Below are positions 9,383 through 17,903 of a stretch of 64,000 nucleotides of DNA, piece by piece. Below the pieces are notes generated by a model. The model was not told the DNA's origin, searched no databases, and worked only from the letters and a program-made list of their open reading frames with translations. Position 1 is the stretch's first letter. Each line of letters starts with the position of its first letter. The translations under genes were made by a program, and so were the position numbers. The DNA is from a virus. The stretch lies in UHGV virus genome UHGV-1366123. One strand, written 5' to 3'.

Positions 9383-9430
9383 GGAGGGTGGTCGTGAGAA
9401 ATCTGGCCACCCTCCACGACATATAAAAAC
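9383..9430 (+). promoter_or_regulatory. hairpin followed by an ACATATAAAAACG promoter-like motif
   Basis: ggagggtgg...ccaccctcc stem flanked by the inverted pair ttttatatgt / acatataaaa. Confidence 0.35.
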
Positions 9431-9626
9431 GACGAAAGAAACACAAGAACAATCGATAACAAATAACAACCCCACAAAATGATCCGTAAGATCTTAAATA
9501 CGTTAGTAGTGATCGGTGCATCACTTTTCCTCATCTTGATCATGTCCATGATCGTTTTCATTGTATCGTGTGTTATGGTCATCATGAGTTTCTTCATGTA
9601 AAACCACGACGATACTAACAAGAAAA

Positions 9627-9842
9627 ATGGACGATTTAAAGCAAAACGTAGTAATAGCCGTAATCTCGATAATAATAACCGCAATATTCGGATTGTTAGT
9701 GATTTCGATATCGGACTTCATAGATGCGAGATCATCAAAAGACAACCTCATCCACTACAACTTCCAGATATCAGAACCAGAACCCACAATAGTTATTGGC
9801 GTAGGTGAAAATGCTGAAGGTAGCGACACGTGGTCGTTCTGA
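9627..9842 (+). CDS. small membrane protein
   Basis: VVIAVISIIITAIFGLLVISI TM segment. Confidence 0.3.
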   Translation: MDDLKQNVVIAVISIIITAIFGLLVISISDFIDARSSKDNLIHYNFQISEPEPTIVIGVGENAEGSDTWSF

Positions 9843-9898
9843 AAACATATCGTCTTTTAAATAACGAAACCTTTATACCTCGGTGTTGAAAGACGATT

Positions 9899-10123
9899 AT
9901 GACGATCAAGGATTGTATAATAGACATTTGTAAGTCTATAGGAAAAATCTCAGTTTCTGATATCTTGAAATATGTTCGGAACAATGGATGGTTTGAAAAA
10001 GATCTCTCCATTGACATTGATGACGATGACCAGACCAGTATTGGAAAAATACAAAAGTTCGTAAGAGATGGTATAGACACCATAACGGAATCGGAATCGG
10101 AAGAAGTAAACTCTGAAGAATAA
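9899..10123 (+). CDS. small acidic protein, weak member of the downstream paralogue family
   Basis: MTIKDCI N-terminus resembles the MTxxEYI family start; acidic tail. Confidence 0.3.
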   Translation: MTIKDCIIDICKSIGKISVSDILKYVRNNGWFEKDLSIDIDDDDQTSIGKIQKFVRDGIDTITESESEEVNSEE

Positions 10124-10128
10124 CGACA

Positions 10129-10539
10129 ATGACGATCAAATCATACATCAATCAACTCGAAGACAGAGACATCATCCGAGCATATGTCGCCTGTGTGATA
10201 CACCAATACGAGGACAAAGTCGGAACTAAAGATCCCGATGAGTTCTTGAAACTGGAATATGAAGATGTTTCCAAACATATCGATGAAATAATCAAGAATG
10301 CTCGTACGACGTTCATGTGTTACGCCACTAATGAGGAGGAAATGGTAGAGTTCGTCAAGAGCGACGGATATATCGAACTTCTCCGAGAAGGAGGTGACTA
10401 TGAAGATGTCCTTCAAATGTACGGAGGTGATGAAAACGCAATGATGGTTGCTTACTTCTATGATCTTATAGAAGATGATGTGTTTGAACACGACGGTTAC
10501 TTTTTCTATATGATGGAAAATGACTACGAACGTGGATAG
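10129..10539 (+). CDS. acidic paralogue family member P1
   Basis: MTIKSYINQLEDRDIIRAYV...DGYFFYM; very D/E-rich. Confidence 0.55.
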   Translation: MTIKSYINQLEDRDIIRAYVACVIHQYEDKVGTKDPDEFLKLEYEDVSKHIDEIIKNARTTFMCYATNEEEMVEFVKSDGYIELLREGGDYEDVLQMYGGDENAMMVAYFYDLIEDDVFEHDGYFFYMMENDYERG

Positions 10540-10581
10540 CTTCCGCAACAAATAAAGAAACAATCTTAATAAGAAACAAAT

Positions 10582-10983
10582 ATGACCGCAGAAGAATATG
10601 TCGGATCGTTACCCGACAAAGATCTCATCTTTGCGTATATCAATTGCATCATCTTCGAATATCTCACAGGTGCGGAATTCGAAGATTTTGATATCTTCAT
10701 ATTCCACAAACAGTATGAAGATGTTAAAGATTATATCGATGCATTTGTGGAAGAAGCTCGTGATCGTGCACTCACCGACTACCCAATCACATCTGAAAAA
10801 GATGTTCTCAGATACTACGATGAAACTTGTTATGGTCATGAAAACGATCCAGATGTCGATATCCAAGAAGGAAGAAAGAGATTCGAAGATGATCCATTAG
10901 GAATGCTCCACCAATTACTCGATACGATGAGTGATAACTGGGCTGAATACAACGGTTATTATTTCGTGGTTGGTGCTTGGTAA
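10582..10983 (+). CDS. acidic paralogue family member P2
   Basis: MTAEEYVGSLPDKDLIFAYI...EEARDRALTDYPITSEKD...NGYYFVV. Confidence 0.6.
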   Translation: MTAEEYVGSLPDKDLIFAYINCIIFEYLTGAEFEDFDIFIFHKQYEDVKDYIDAFVEEARDRALTDYPITSEKDVLRYYDETCYGHENDPDVDIQEGRKRFEDDPLGMLHQLLDTMSDNWAEYNGYYFVVGAW

Positions 10984-11010
10984 TATAAAAAATCGTAAAA
11001 GAAAGAAACA

Positions 11011-11400
11011 ATGACTGTAAGAGAATACATCAACACATTTGAAGACGCAGGTCTCATTCTTGCGCATATCGAACTTGTCAAAGATGGGAAGTATGGGAAA
11101 GAAACCGTAGATTTTGATATCGACAACGATGAAATCGAAGATGTCAAAGACCAAGTCGATAAGCTCATATACAAATCATTCGATAGGTGCGTGTATCCAG
11201 ATCCAATAAGAACTGAGGAAGACATCTACGAGTATCTCAAGACTTGTGTTGGTTATGGTACTGATGATGATCCAACATACTTAGAATATAAGGCAATATG
11301 GGAAAAAGATCCATGGACTAAGTTCTTCCAATCGATTGACGAACAGTGTCCTTGGTTTGAACAAGATGGTTACTACTTCATGGACACTTATAACATGTAA
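11011..11400 (+). CDS. acidic paralogue family member P3
   Basis: MTVREYINTFEDAGLILAHI...DPWTKF...DGYYFMD. Confidence 0.6.
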   Translation: MTVREYINTFEDAGLILAHIELVKDGKYGKETVDFDIDNDEIEDVKDQVDKLIYKSFDRCVYPDPIRTEEDIYEYLKTCVGYGTDDDPTYLEYKAIWEKDPWTKFFQSIDEQCPWFEQDGYYFMDTYNM

Positions 11401-11419
11401 AAAGGAAAGAGAAAGAAAT

Positions 11420-11821
11420 ACGACTGCAGAACAATATATCAAGACACTACCAGATTCGGAGCTTATTCTCTCTTATATCGCATTGGTAGTATCTGAAGAC
11501 ATCGAAGGAACGGAAGGTATGGATGCCGACATCAACAACGATGAATACGAAGATGTCAAAGACCAAGTCAACACACTCATCGAACAAGCTCGTGATCGTG
11601 CGATCATCAATTATCCTATAAGATCCGAAGAAGATACTCTCAAATATTTCGAAGACACCTATGGTGAATTCATTGAGAATAATGAGGATCTCCAAGAATA
11701 TGAGAAGAAATGGAAAGAAAACCCATGGAAGGAATTCAAAGATTCTCTTAATGAAGTGAAAGCTTATTACAAGAATGGTAAGTGGTACGAACACAATGAT
11801 TATTACTTCATAGTCTGGTAA
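11420..11821 (+). pseudogene. acidic paralogue family member P4 with ATG->ACG start
   Basis: Paralogues begin atg-act-g..; here it reads aat-ACG-act-gca (T-to-C at start-codon position 2). The track ORF 11336-11821 only extends upstream by chance, inside P3. Confidence 0.4.
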
Positions 11822-11848
11822 TTCGTATTCATAGAAAAGATAAAGATT

Positions 11849-11891
11849 GACGTGGCGAAATGTTTGATTTCGCCACGTCTGTATATAAAAG
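11849..11891 (+). promoter_or_regulatory. terminator hairpin plus TGTATATAAAAG promoter-like motif (cassette boundary)
   Basis: gacgtggcgaaat...atttcgccacgtc stem, then tgtatataaaag. Confidence 0.45.
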
Positions 11892-11907
11892 AAAATTCTG
11901 ATATAAA

Positions 11908-12252
11908 ATGAAAACGAGATTAAGAGAATATATCGAAACGCTACCAGATTCATACATCGTTTCTCAATATCTTACATGTGTTGAACTTGGATATACGCAC
12001 GATAAAGAGATTATCGATCTATACGAACAACATGCTCATGATCGTCTACTCATCGATCGTCCAATACACACTAGTTATGACGTTATGGAATACTTTGATG
12101 ATACCTTTCCCGATTGGGAAAACGATCCAGATCTCGTAGAAGAAAGAAAGAAATGGGAAGAAGATCCATGGGGAAAATTATACAAAGTACTCGACGAAAT
12201 GGGTACTTGGTGTGGATATGGTGGTTGTTATTTCTTGGCTGAAAAACGATAA
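11908..12252 (+). CDS. acidic paralogue family member P5
   Basis: MKTRLREYIETLPDSYIV...FPDWENDPDLVEERKKWEEDPWGKL. Confidence 0.6.
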   Translation: MKTRLREYIETLPDSYIVSQYLTCVELGYTHDKEIIDLYEQHAHDRLLIDRPIHTSYDVMEYFDDTFPDWENDPDLVEERKKWEEDPWGKLYKVLDEMGTWCGYGGCYFLAEKR

Positions 12253-12292
12253 CACAACTTCTGATAGATATATAAAAAATAACGATAGAAAA

Positions 12293-12643
12293 ATGGAAAA
12301 TTTAACGCTAATAGAATATATAAGGACGCTACCTAATAGTGAACTCATCGAAGCGTACATGGGATCTCTCGCAATTGGACAAATGAGAGATAAGGAAATT
12401 ATTGATATGTACGAACAACATGCTCGTGAACGTTTAATCTTTGATCATCCAGTGCATAAAGAAGATATTATTGGAATCTTTGATGAAATGTTTCCAGATT
12501 GGGAAAACAACCCAGACCTCGTAGAAGAGAGAAAGGAATGGGAAGAATATCCATGGTATAAGCTACGACAAGCACTTGATGCAACGTACGGTAATAATTG
12601 GCATGAATACCAAAGTTATTATTTCGTTGACAATGTTCGATAA
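12293..12643 (+). CDS. acidic paralogue family member P6
   Basis: MENLTLIEYIRTLPNSELIEAYM...FPDWENNPDLVEERKEWEEYPWYKL; near-duplicate of P5. Confidence 0.6.
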   Translation: MENLTLIEYIRTLPNSELIEAYMGSLAIGQMRDKEIIDMYEQHARERLIFDHPVHKEDIIGIFDEMFPDWENNPDLVEERKEWEEYPWYKLRQALDATYGNNWHEYQSYYFVDNVR

Positions 12644-12685
12644 CACAGTTCACTCACGAAAACACTGATAGAAAATAACAAGTCG

Positions 12686-12730
12686 GATGTGACGAAAGGT
12701 TCAAACCTTTCGTCACATCTGTATATAAAG
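12686..12730 (+). promoter_or_regulatory. terminator hairpin plus TGTATATAAAG motif
   Basis: gatgtgacgaaaggtt-caa-acctttcgtcacatc, then tgtatataaag. Confidence 0.45.
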
Positions 12731-12763
12731 AAAGAAAAACAATCTTAATAGAGAAGAGAGAAA

Positions 12764-13156
12764 ATGACTGTAGAAGAATATATCAAGACGCTACCCGACG
12801 CAGATCTCATCTTTGCGTACATTGCGTGTGCTGGAACAGAAGATATCGACGTTGGTGAAGACCTTCGTGAACTCGATATAGAAAACGACGAATATGAAGA
12901 CTTTAGTGATGAGGTCGAAGAACTCGTAGAACAAGCACGTGACCGTGCCATAGCTGAATATCCTATCAGCTCTAAGGAAGATGCTCTGAGATACTTCGAC
13001 GAGTGCTATGGTGATGATCTTGAGGATGATGAAGAACTCCAAGAATGGAGAGAGAAATGGGAAGAAGACCCATGGACACATTTCTATCATGTACTTGACG
13101 AAATGGGTGATTGGTATGAAGACAACGGTTATCACTTCAGAGCTGAAGAGTGGTAA
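12764..13156 (+). CDS. acidic paralogue family member P7
   Basis: MTVEEYIKTLPDADLIFAYI...EQARDRAIAEYPISSKEDALRYF...DPWTHF...NGYHF. Confidence 0.6.
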   Translation: MTVEEYIKTLPDADLIFAYIACAGTEDIDVGEDLRELDIENDEYEDFSDEVEELVEQARDRAIAEYPISSKEDALRYFDECYGDDLEDDEELQEWREKWEEDPWTHFYHVLDEMGDWYEDNGYHFRAEEW

Positions 13157-13174
13157 TAAGAAGAAAAGAGAAAT

Positions 13175-13621
13175 ATGACTGTAAAAGAACATATCAACAC
13201 ACTTAAATATCCAGGTGTCGTCTTTGCGTATATCGAATGTGTTTTAAAAGAAGGCATCGATGTAGTTGAGAATTTACGTGATCTCGATATAGAGAACGAC
13301 CAGTATGAAGATGTTAAAGATCTGGTCGATGAACTCGTAAAACAGGCAGACTATTGTTCTCTCGCTGATTATCCAATCATAACCAAAGAAGATGTTCTGA
13401 CATACTTTGAGGATTCCTATTGGGAATACCATGGTGAAAACGGAGAGTACATAAAACTCGTGGAATATAAGCGTGAATGGAAGAAAGATACATGGAACAA
13501 GTTCCGTCGATTGATTGAGAGAACTGTAGAGGATGTCAGAAGGGAAAATAATAGTAACGATACTTTGTATGAATGCAGAGGTTACTACTTTATAATCGAT
13601 CCTCAAGGGCACAACTCGTGA
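13175..13621 (+). CDS. acidic paralogue family member P8
   Basis: MTVKEHINTLKYPGVVFAYIECV...YPIITKEDVLTYFED...RGYYFII. Confidence 0.6.
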   Translation: MTVKEHINTLKYPGVVFAYIECVLKEGIDVVENLRDLDIENDQYEDVKDLVDELVKQADYCSLADYPIITKEDVLTYFEDSYWEYHGENGEYIKLVEYKREWKKDTWNKFRRLIERTVEDVRRENNSNDTLYECRGYYFIIDPQGHNS

Positions 13622-13646
13622 GCTGACCATAATAGAAAATCGAGAC

Positions 13647-13690
13647 GGTGGCGAAAGGTTTAAACCTTTCGCCACATCTGTATATAAAAG
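13647..13690 (+). promoter_or_regulatory. terminator hairpin plus CTGTATATAAAAG motif
   Basis: gtggcgaaaggttt / aaacctttcgccac stem, then tgtatataaaag. Confidence 0.45.
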
Positions 13691-13722
13691 AAACGAAAAA
13701 GAACAAAAACCTCCGTGAAATT

Positions 13723-14058
13723 ATGACTATTAAAGAATACTTAGAAGGTCTCTTCGAATCGAAGATGTATCTCAAGTTTTACGAGTTGTTCGGTGACAGA
13801 TTCGGATTCTCTCTTGAAGATGACTATTCTCAGTTTGAAAAGAAAGTAGACTATTTCGTCGAAACTGCAGATATCGAATTCTTCTGTCTTGAAGAAAACC
13901 TCGAAGACACTGTTGACAAATTCTTCATCATTCCAATGTTGAAGAACATGAGCGACATCAGTTATATTCGAAAGTTCTTCGATTATGAATCGTATAAGCA
14001 GATGCTCATTGATCGTGGTTACACAGTCAAAGACAACTACGTGTTCTCACCATTCTAA
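13723..14058 (+). CDS. acidic paralogue family member P9 (divergent)
   Basis: MTIKEYLEGLFES...; track ORF 13648-14058 trimmed to the ATG after the hairpin. Confidence 0.5.
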   Translation: MTIKEYLEGLFESKMYLKFYELFGDRFGFSLEDDYSQFEKKVDYFVETADIEFFCLEENLEDTVDKFFIIPMLKNMSDISYIRKFFDYESYKQMLIDRGYTVKDNYVFSPF

Positions 14059-14078
14059 ACAATAAGAAACAAAAGATC

Positions 14079-14459
14079 ATGACTATCAGAGATTATATCA
14101 GAGAAAACTGTCATATTCCTTACGAAGCAATAATTGCCTATTACGAATATGATACCAGTGTCAGTGGTATCGATATCGACTTCGAATACGACGAAAAGGA
14201 AGCAGGAGGATTCGAAGCCATGGAAATTGATATTCAGAAGGAACTTGCAGATAAACTCATCGACAAGGCTGAAAGCGTTTATCAATGTGATGAAGATTCG
14301 TTTGAAGACATGGTAAACGATCACTATATCGATCAATACATAGCCGATGGGGCTGATCCGAAGGGGATTTATCGCTTCTTCGATTATGATAAGTTCAGAG
14401 AACACCTTTTCAATGACGGTTTCTTCGAACATAACGGTTATTGGTTCATCGGGTATTAG
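14079..14459 (+). CDS. acidic paralogue family member P10
   Basis: MTIRDYIRENCHIPYEAIIAYYE...NGYWFIGY. Confidence 0.55.
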   Translation: MTIRDYIRENCHIPYEAIIAYYEYDTSVSGIDIDFEYDEKEAGGFEAMEIDIQKELADKLIDKAESVYQCDEDSFEDMVNDHYIDQYIADGADPKGIYRFFDYDKFREHLFNDGFFEHNGYWFIGY

Positions 14460-14487
14460 TCGAAAGAAACTAATAAACGTAAGAATC

Positions 14488-14543
14488 GAACGATGGGGGG
14501 GGGGTCACGTAGTTATCTTTTATTACATGACCCCCCCTCGTTC
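14488..14543. repeat. hairpin with a G10/C7 homopolymer stem
   Basis: gaacgatgggggggggggtca ... tgaccccccctcgttc. Confidence 0.45.
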
Positions 14544-14576
14544 ATTTAAATAACAAAATCTAAAGAAACAAAAATT

Positions 14577-14990
14577 ATGACGACGACTATTAGAGACTAT
14601 ATCAGAGAAAACTGTCACATCGACTATGAAGCAGTGATCGCCTACTACGAAAGTGGCTATTGTAATGTTGAAGTCGATATCGACTTCGAATACGACGACG
14701 AAAAGGAAGCAGGGGAATTCGAGACTTCGGAAGATTACGATAACTACTACTCAGAAATCGACGTTCAGAAGGAACTCGCAGATGCGATCATCGAGAAGGC
14801 AGAAGAAAACTATCAGTGTGATGATGATGGATTCGAAGACATGGTAAACGAACTCTACATCGACCCATGTATTGAAGGTGCAGCTGATCCAGACACGATC
14901 TATCGTTACTTCGACTATGATAGTTTCAGACGTGACCTTCTGATGGGTGACTACTTCTATCAAGACGGTTATTACTTCCTCGCCTACTAG
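14577..14990 (+). CDS. acidic paralogue family member P11
   Basis: MTTTIRDYIRENCHIDYEAVIAYYE...DGYYFLAY; near-duplicate of P10. Confidence 0.55.
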   Translation: MTTTIRDYIRENCHIDYEAVIAYYESGYCNVEVDIDFEYDDEKEAGEFETSEDYDNYYSEIDVQKELADAIIEKAEENYQCDDDGFEDMVNELYIDPCIEGAADPDTIYRYFDYDSFRRDLLMGDYFYQDGYYFLAY

Positions 14991-15020
14991 TCGAGAGATT
15001 CATAATATCATAAAAATCAG

Positions 15021-15052
15021 AGAGGGCAAGGAAAACTATTTCCTTGCCCTCT
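15021..15052. terminator. bidirectional terminator hairpin between convergent genes
   Basis: agagggcaaggaaa-actatt-tccttgccctct. Confidence 0.45.
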
Positions 15053-15126
15053 CCTTGTGTTTGAGCCTATTTCTCCTTGCCGAACTACCTTCACAGTCGT
15101 CAGAGATCAAGGAAAGTACCTCTCCG

Positions 15127-15834
15127 TCATTTCCTCGATTCTCTCTTCTTCACATAGTCTTGTACTTCTTTTATCTTTGTTTTTACAATTTCCACATCTT
15201 TATGCTTTCCTATACCACTTCCGTCAAGATTTCTCCAATATCTCCAATAGATCGCTCTTATCTGCATCTTCTCGATGTATCTTATCGGGAACGTACAAAT
15301 CTTGTACCAATCTTCATATGAAACAATCATTGGTTTCGATTGGAATCTTTCAAGTCTGTATGATCTGATTGCAAATTCGAAACCGCTGTTTTGAAGGACT
15401 TTCTTTGCCACATCATAATAAAGCGGAATATCCAAGATCGGTGTTTCTCCAGCGTTTATCTTTTCTATGTTTGGACTTATGACTTGCGTATTCCAAAGCC
15501 TTATTATCGTGTCGAGAACCTTTATACGCATCGACGGAGGGATAAACGACAGGTTTATCCCATAAGGAAGAAGATGACCTTCCGATGTTATCTTATAACC
15601 TATTATGAAAGTCAATGGACACCATGAGAAGAAGTCCATTTCATCCTTAGTTATAGGATCATAGAACCACGTATAAATCTTGCCTATCTTTGGAATAGGT
15701 GTTCGAGATTCTTCTCTGGGGTTCTTCTCTTTCATAACATAAACGTCATCAAACCACTTCTTTGATCTACTGACGATAGTAGAGTAAGGCGTGGTCTCGG
15801 ACATTTTCATTATGGTTTCTGATACAAGCTCCAT
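15127..15834 (-). CDS. hypothetical protein
   Basis: 235-aa minus-strand ORF, convergent with the paralogue array. Confidence 0.4.
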   Translation of the reverse strand: MELVSETIMKMSETTPYSTIVSRSKKWFDDVYVMKEKNPREESRTPIPKIGKIYTWFYDPITKDEMDFFSWCPLTFIIGYKITSEGHLLPYGINLSFIPPSMRIKVLDTIIRLWNTQVISPNIEKINAGETPILDIPLYYDVAKKVLQNSGFEFAIRSYRLERFQSKPMIVSYEDWYKICTFPIRYIEKMQIRAIYWRYWRNLDGSGIGKHKDVEIVKTKIKEVQDYVKKRESRK

Positions 15835-15882
15835 CGTACTTTTCTTTTATTTGACGGTTAAATAAAAGAAACTCGGAAAAGA

Positions 15883-17490
15883 ATGATTGCGGATTTCTTA
15901 TCAAAATTGAGAATTAAGGCATACGACACACTCAACGACACCATAAACTTCCTAATCCAAAAGTACAAGACTGATATTCGTTCATTCTCGTATTCATCAC
16001 CCTTTGGTCAGATTCTTATTGTTTTGCAGAACCATATGCAAAACATTTACTATTATATCACAGATTCCGCAAATCAGACAAATTTCCACACTGCAAACAG
16101 ACAATCTTCCGTTTATGGCTTGGCCAGACTTCAAGGTTATAACGCTTATCGTGGGAAATCTGCGACTGGTGTCATAAATCTGAAAGTCAAACCAGATGCA
16201 AAGACGAATCTCATAACTGGGAATCGTGTTTTTATACCGAATTATTCAAAGCTTACGTGTCTGCAGAATGGTCTCGTTTACATGCTCGATCTTGGTAAAG
16301 ATTACGAGATCTTCGACATTCAAAAAAGAGTAGACGTTTCCTTGAACATAATAGAGGGAAAACTTGAGTACCAAACGTTCACAGGGACAGGTGAAGATAT
16401 TCAGTCTTATGAAGTTCATGCATCCCAATGGAACATGTTTGACAATGACTTCGTTATTGTTACTGTAAATGGGAAAGAATACCCTCAGTACGATTCACTT
16501 TACGACATACCTTACGGAGAATGCGGATGTTTGGTGAAAACTGGGATGACTTCTGGGATCGATGTCATCTTCGGGAAATCATCTCATAACGAAGTACCTC
16601 CTCTTGGTGCAGAAATACGAGTGGACTACATCACTACGAGTGGTTCTGTGGGGAACGTTTTCGAAGATACGGTCTTGTTTTCCCTCAATGACACTTGCTT
16701 TGACACTTATGGAAACGAGATAAACATGTCCGATATCTTTGTTGCCGTCAATGAGGTCAATCCTTCATTTGGTGCAGATTCAGAACCAATAGAAATGACA
16801 AAGATTCTCGCACCAAACATTTCTCGCAACTTTGTAATACACGACAAACGAACAATTGAGAACTTCTTCCGTCGTATGAACTACTTCTCATTGATAGATG
16901 TTTTCAAGAGAGAAGTGAATCATCACAATGAGTATTCCGTCGTTCTTGTTCCAAAGCTCAAATCCCTCATACTTCGAAACGAAGACTACTTCGATTTCAA
17001 CACAGATCACCTTTTTATAAAGGAAAATGAAAAGCAGAAACTGATCGACACGATAAAGTCGTATGGTAACAAATCGTTAGATATTTCAATAAGCATTGTA
17101 AACCCAGAGATTAGAAGATTTGTGGTTTATCTTTATGTTGAACTTTTCCGAGAAGTGAAAGGAAAACCGACGGACTTTGAACGTGTACAATCCGACATTC
17201 GTCATGCACTTTCTGCTTATCTTCTCGATTCACAGAAACTGACGAAGATAACTCATTCTGACATAGTTTCACAGATTGACGGTATAGTTGGTGTCGATAG
17301 CGTCAAAGTGGTGTTTGTTCCAGAGTACGAAGGTGATGTGGATGAAATCGGCAACATTTCTCTGAAGCCATCACAGATCGCAGTCCTTCGTGGAGGTTTT
17401 ACAGATTCTCAAGGCATCTCTTACAAGGACACTTTCACGACACCAAACGAGATGTCATCGGTCAACATAGCAATAGAGTATTCCAAATAA
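15883..17490 (+). CDS. hypothetical protein, possibly a virion structural protein
   Basis: 535-aa ORF; no catalytic motif recognised. Confidence 0.35.
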   Translation: MIADFLSKLRIKAYDTLNDTINFLIQKYKTDIRSFSYSSPFGQILIVLQNHMQNIYYYITDSANQTNFHTANRQSSVYGLARLQGYNAYRGKSATGVINLKVKPDAKTNLITGNRVFIPNYSKLTCLQNGLVYMLDLGKDYEIFDIQKRVDVSLNIIEGKLEYQTFTGTGEDIQSYEVHASQWNMFDNDFVIVTVNGKEYPQYDSLYDIPYGECGCLVKTGMTSGIDVIFGKSSHNEVPPLGAEIRVDYITTSGSVGNVFEDTVLFSLNDTCFDTYGNEINMSDIFVAVNEVNPSFGADSEPIEMTKILAPNISRNFVIHDKRTIENFFRRMNYFSLIDVFKREVNHHNEYSVVLVPKLKSLILRNEDYFDFNTDHLFIKENEKQKLIDTIKSYGNKSLDISISIVNPEIRRFVVYLYVELFREVKGKPTDFERVQSDIRHALSAYLLDSQKLTKITHSDIVSQIDGIVGVDSVKVVFVPEYEGDVDEIGNISLKPSQIAVLRGGFTDSQGISYKDTFTTPNEMSSVNIAIEYSK

Positions 17491-17496
17491 AGAAGA

Positions 17497-17868
17497 ATGG
17501 AAAAATCAATCAAGTTAACAAGAAACAACTTTCTTGTAGAAGAATTGTGTAAAGATGCGCTCCTCGATTTCGATTCTCCGAGAAATGTTGGTGTTGTCGT
17601 ATGTGGTAACGAGAAATATGAAGATGTGAAAGTCGGGGACAAGGTCTTCTTCGGTGAAACCAATGGTTACATGATAGAACTCAACGGCATTCGTTATTGT
17701 CTTCTGTCATATTCCGAAATGCTCGGCATTATCGAGGGTGAATGTGGTCGGGAAGATATTATCGTTGGGAGATACCGAGACCTTGATGACTACATAGACA
17801 AGCTCACACAGAAGAATCTTCTCGGTGATAATCCGATCAACATACACGAAGGTATGTTTTATAAATAA
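17497..17868 (+). CDS. hypothetical protein (weak GroES/gp31-like flavour)
   Basis: VGDKVFFGETNGYMIELNGIRYCLL; weak. Confidence 0.3.
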   Translation: MEKSIKLTRNNFLVEELCKDALLDFDSPRNVGVVVCGNEKYEDVKVGDKVFFGETNGYMIELNGIRYCLLSYSEMLGIIEGECGREDIIVGRYRDLDDYIDKLTQKNLLGDNPINIHEGMFYK

Positions 17869-17903
17869 CGAAATCATAAAAAAGAATTAAAACAAGAATA
17901 ATT

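Noticed and set aside
11336-11419. Upstream extension of ORF 11336-11821 into the P3 gene
   Set aside because: The frame is open by chance. The homologous start position of the paralogue is at 11420 (ATG mutated to ACG)
14947-15368. Two + strand ORFs (124 and 103 aa) after the paralogue array
   Set aside because: They overlap the better-supported minus-strand gene 15127-15834 and the terminator hairpin. Their sequence is low-complexity S/L-rich
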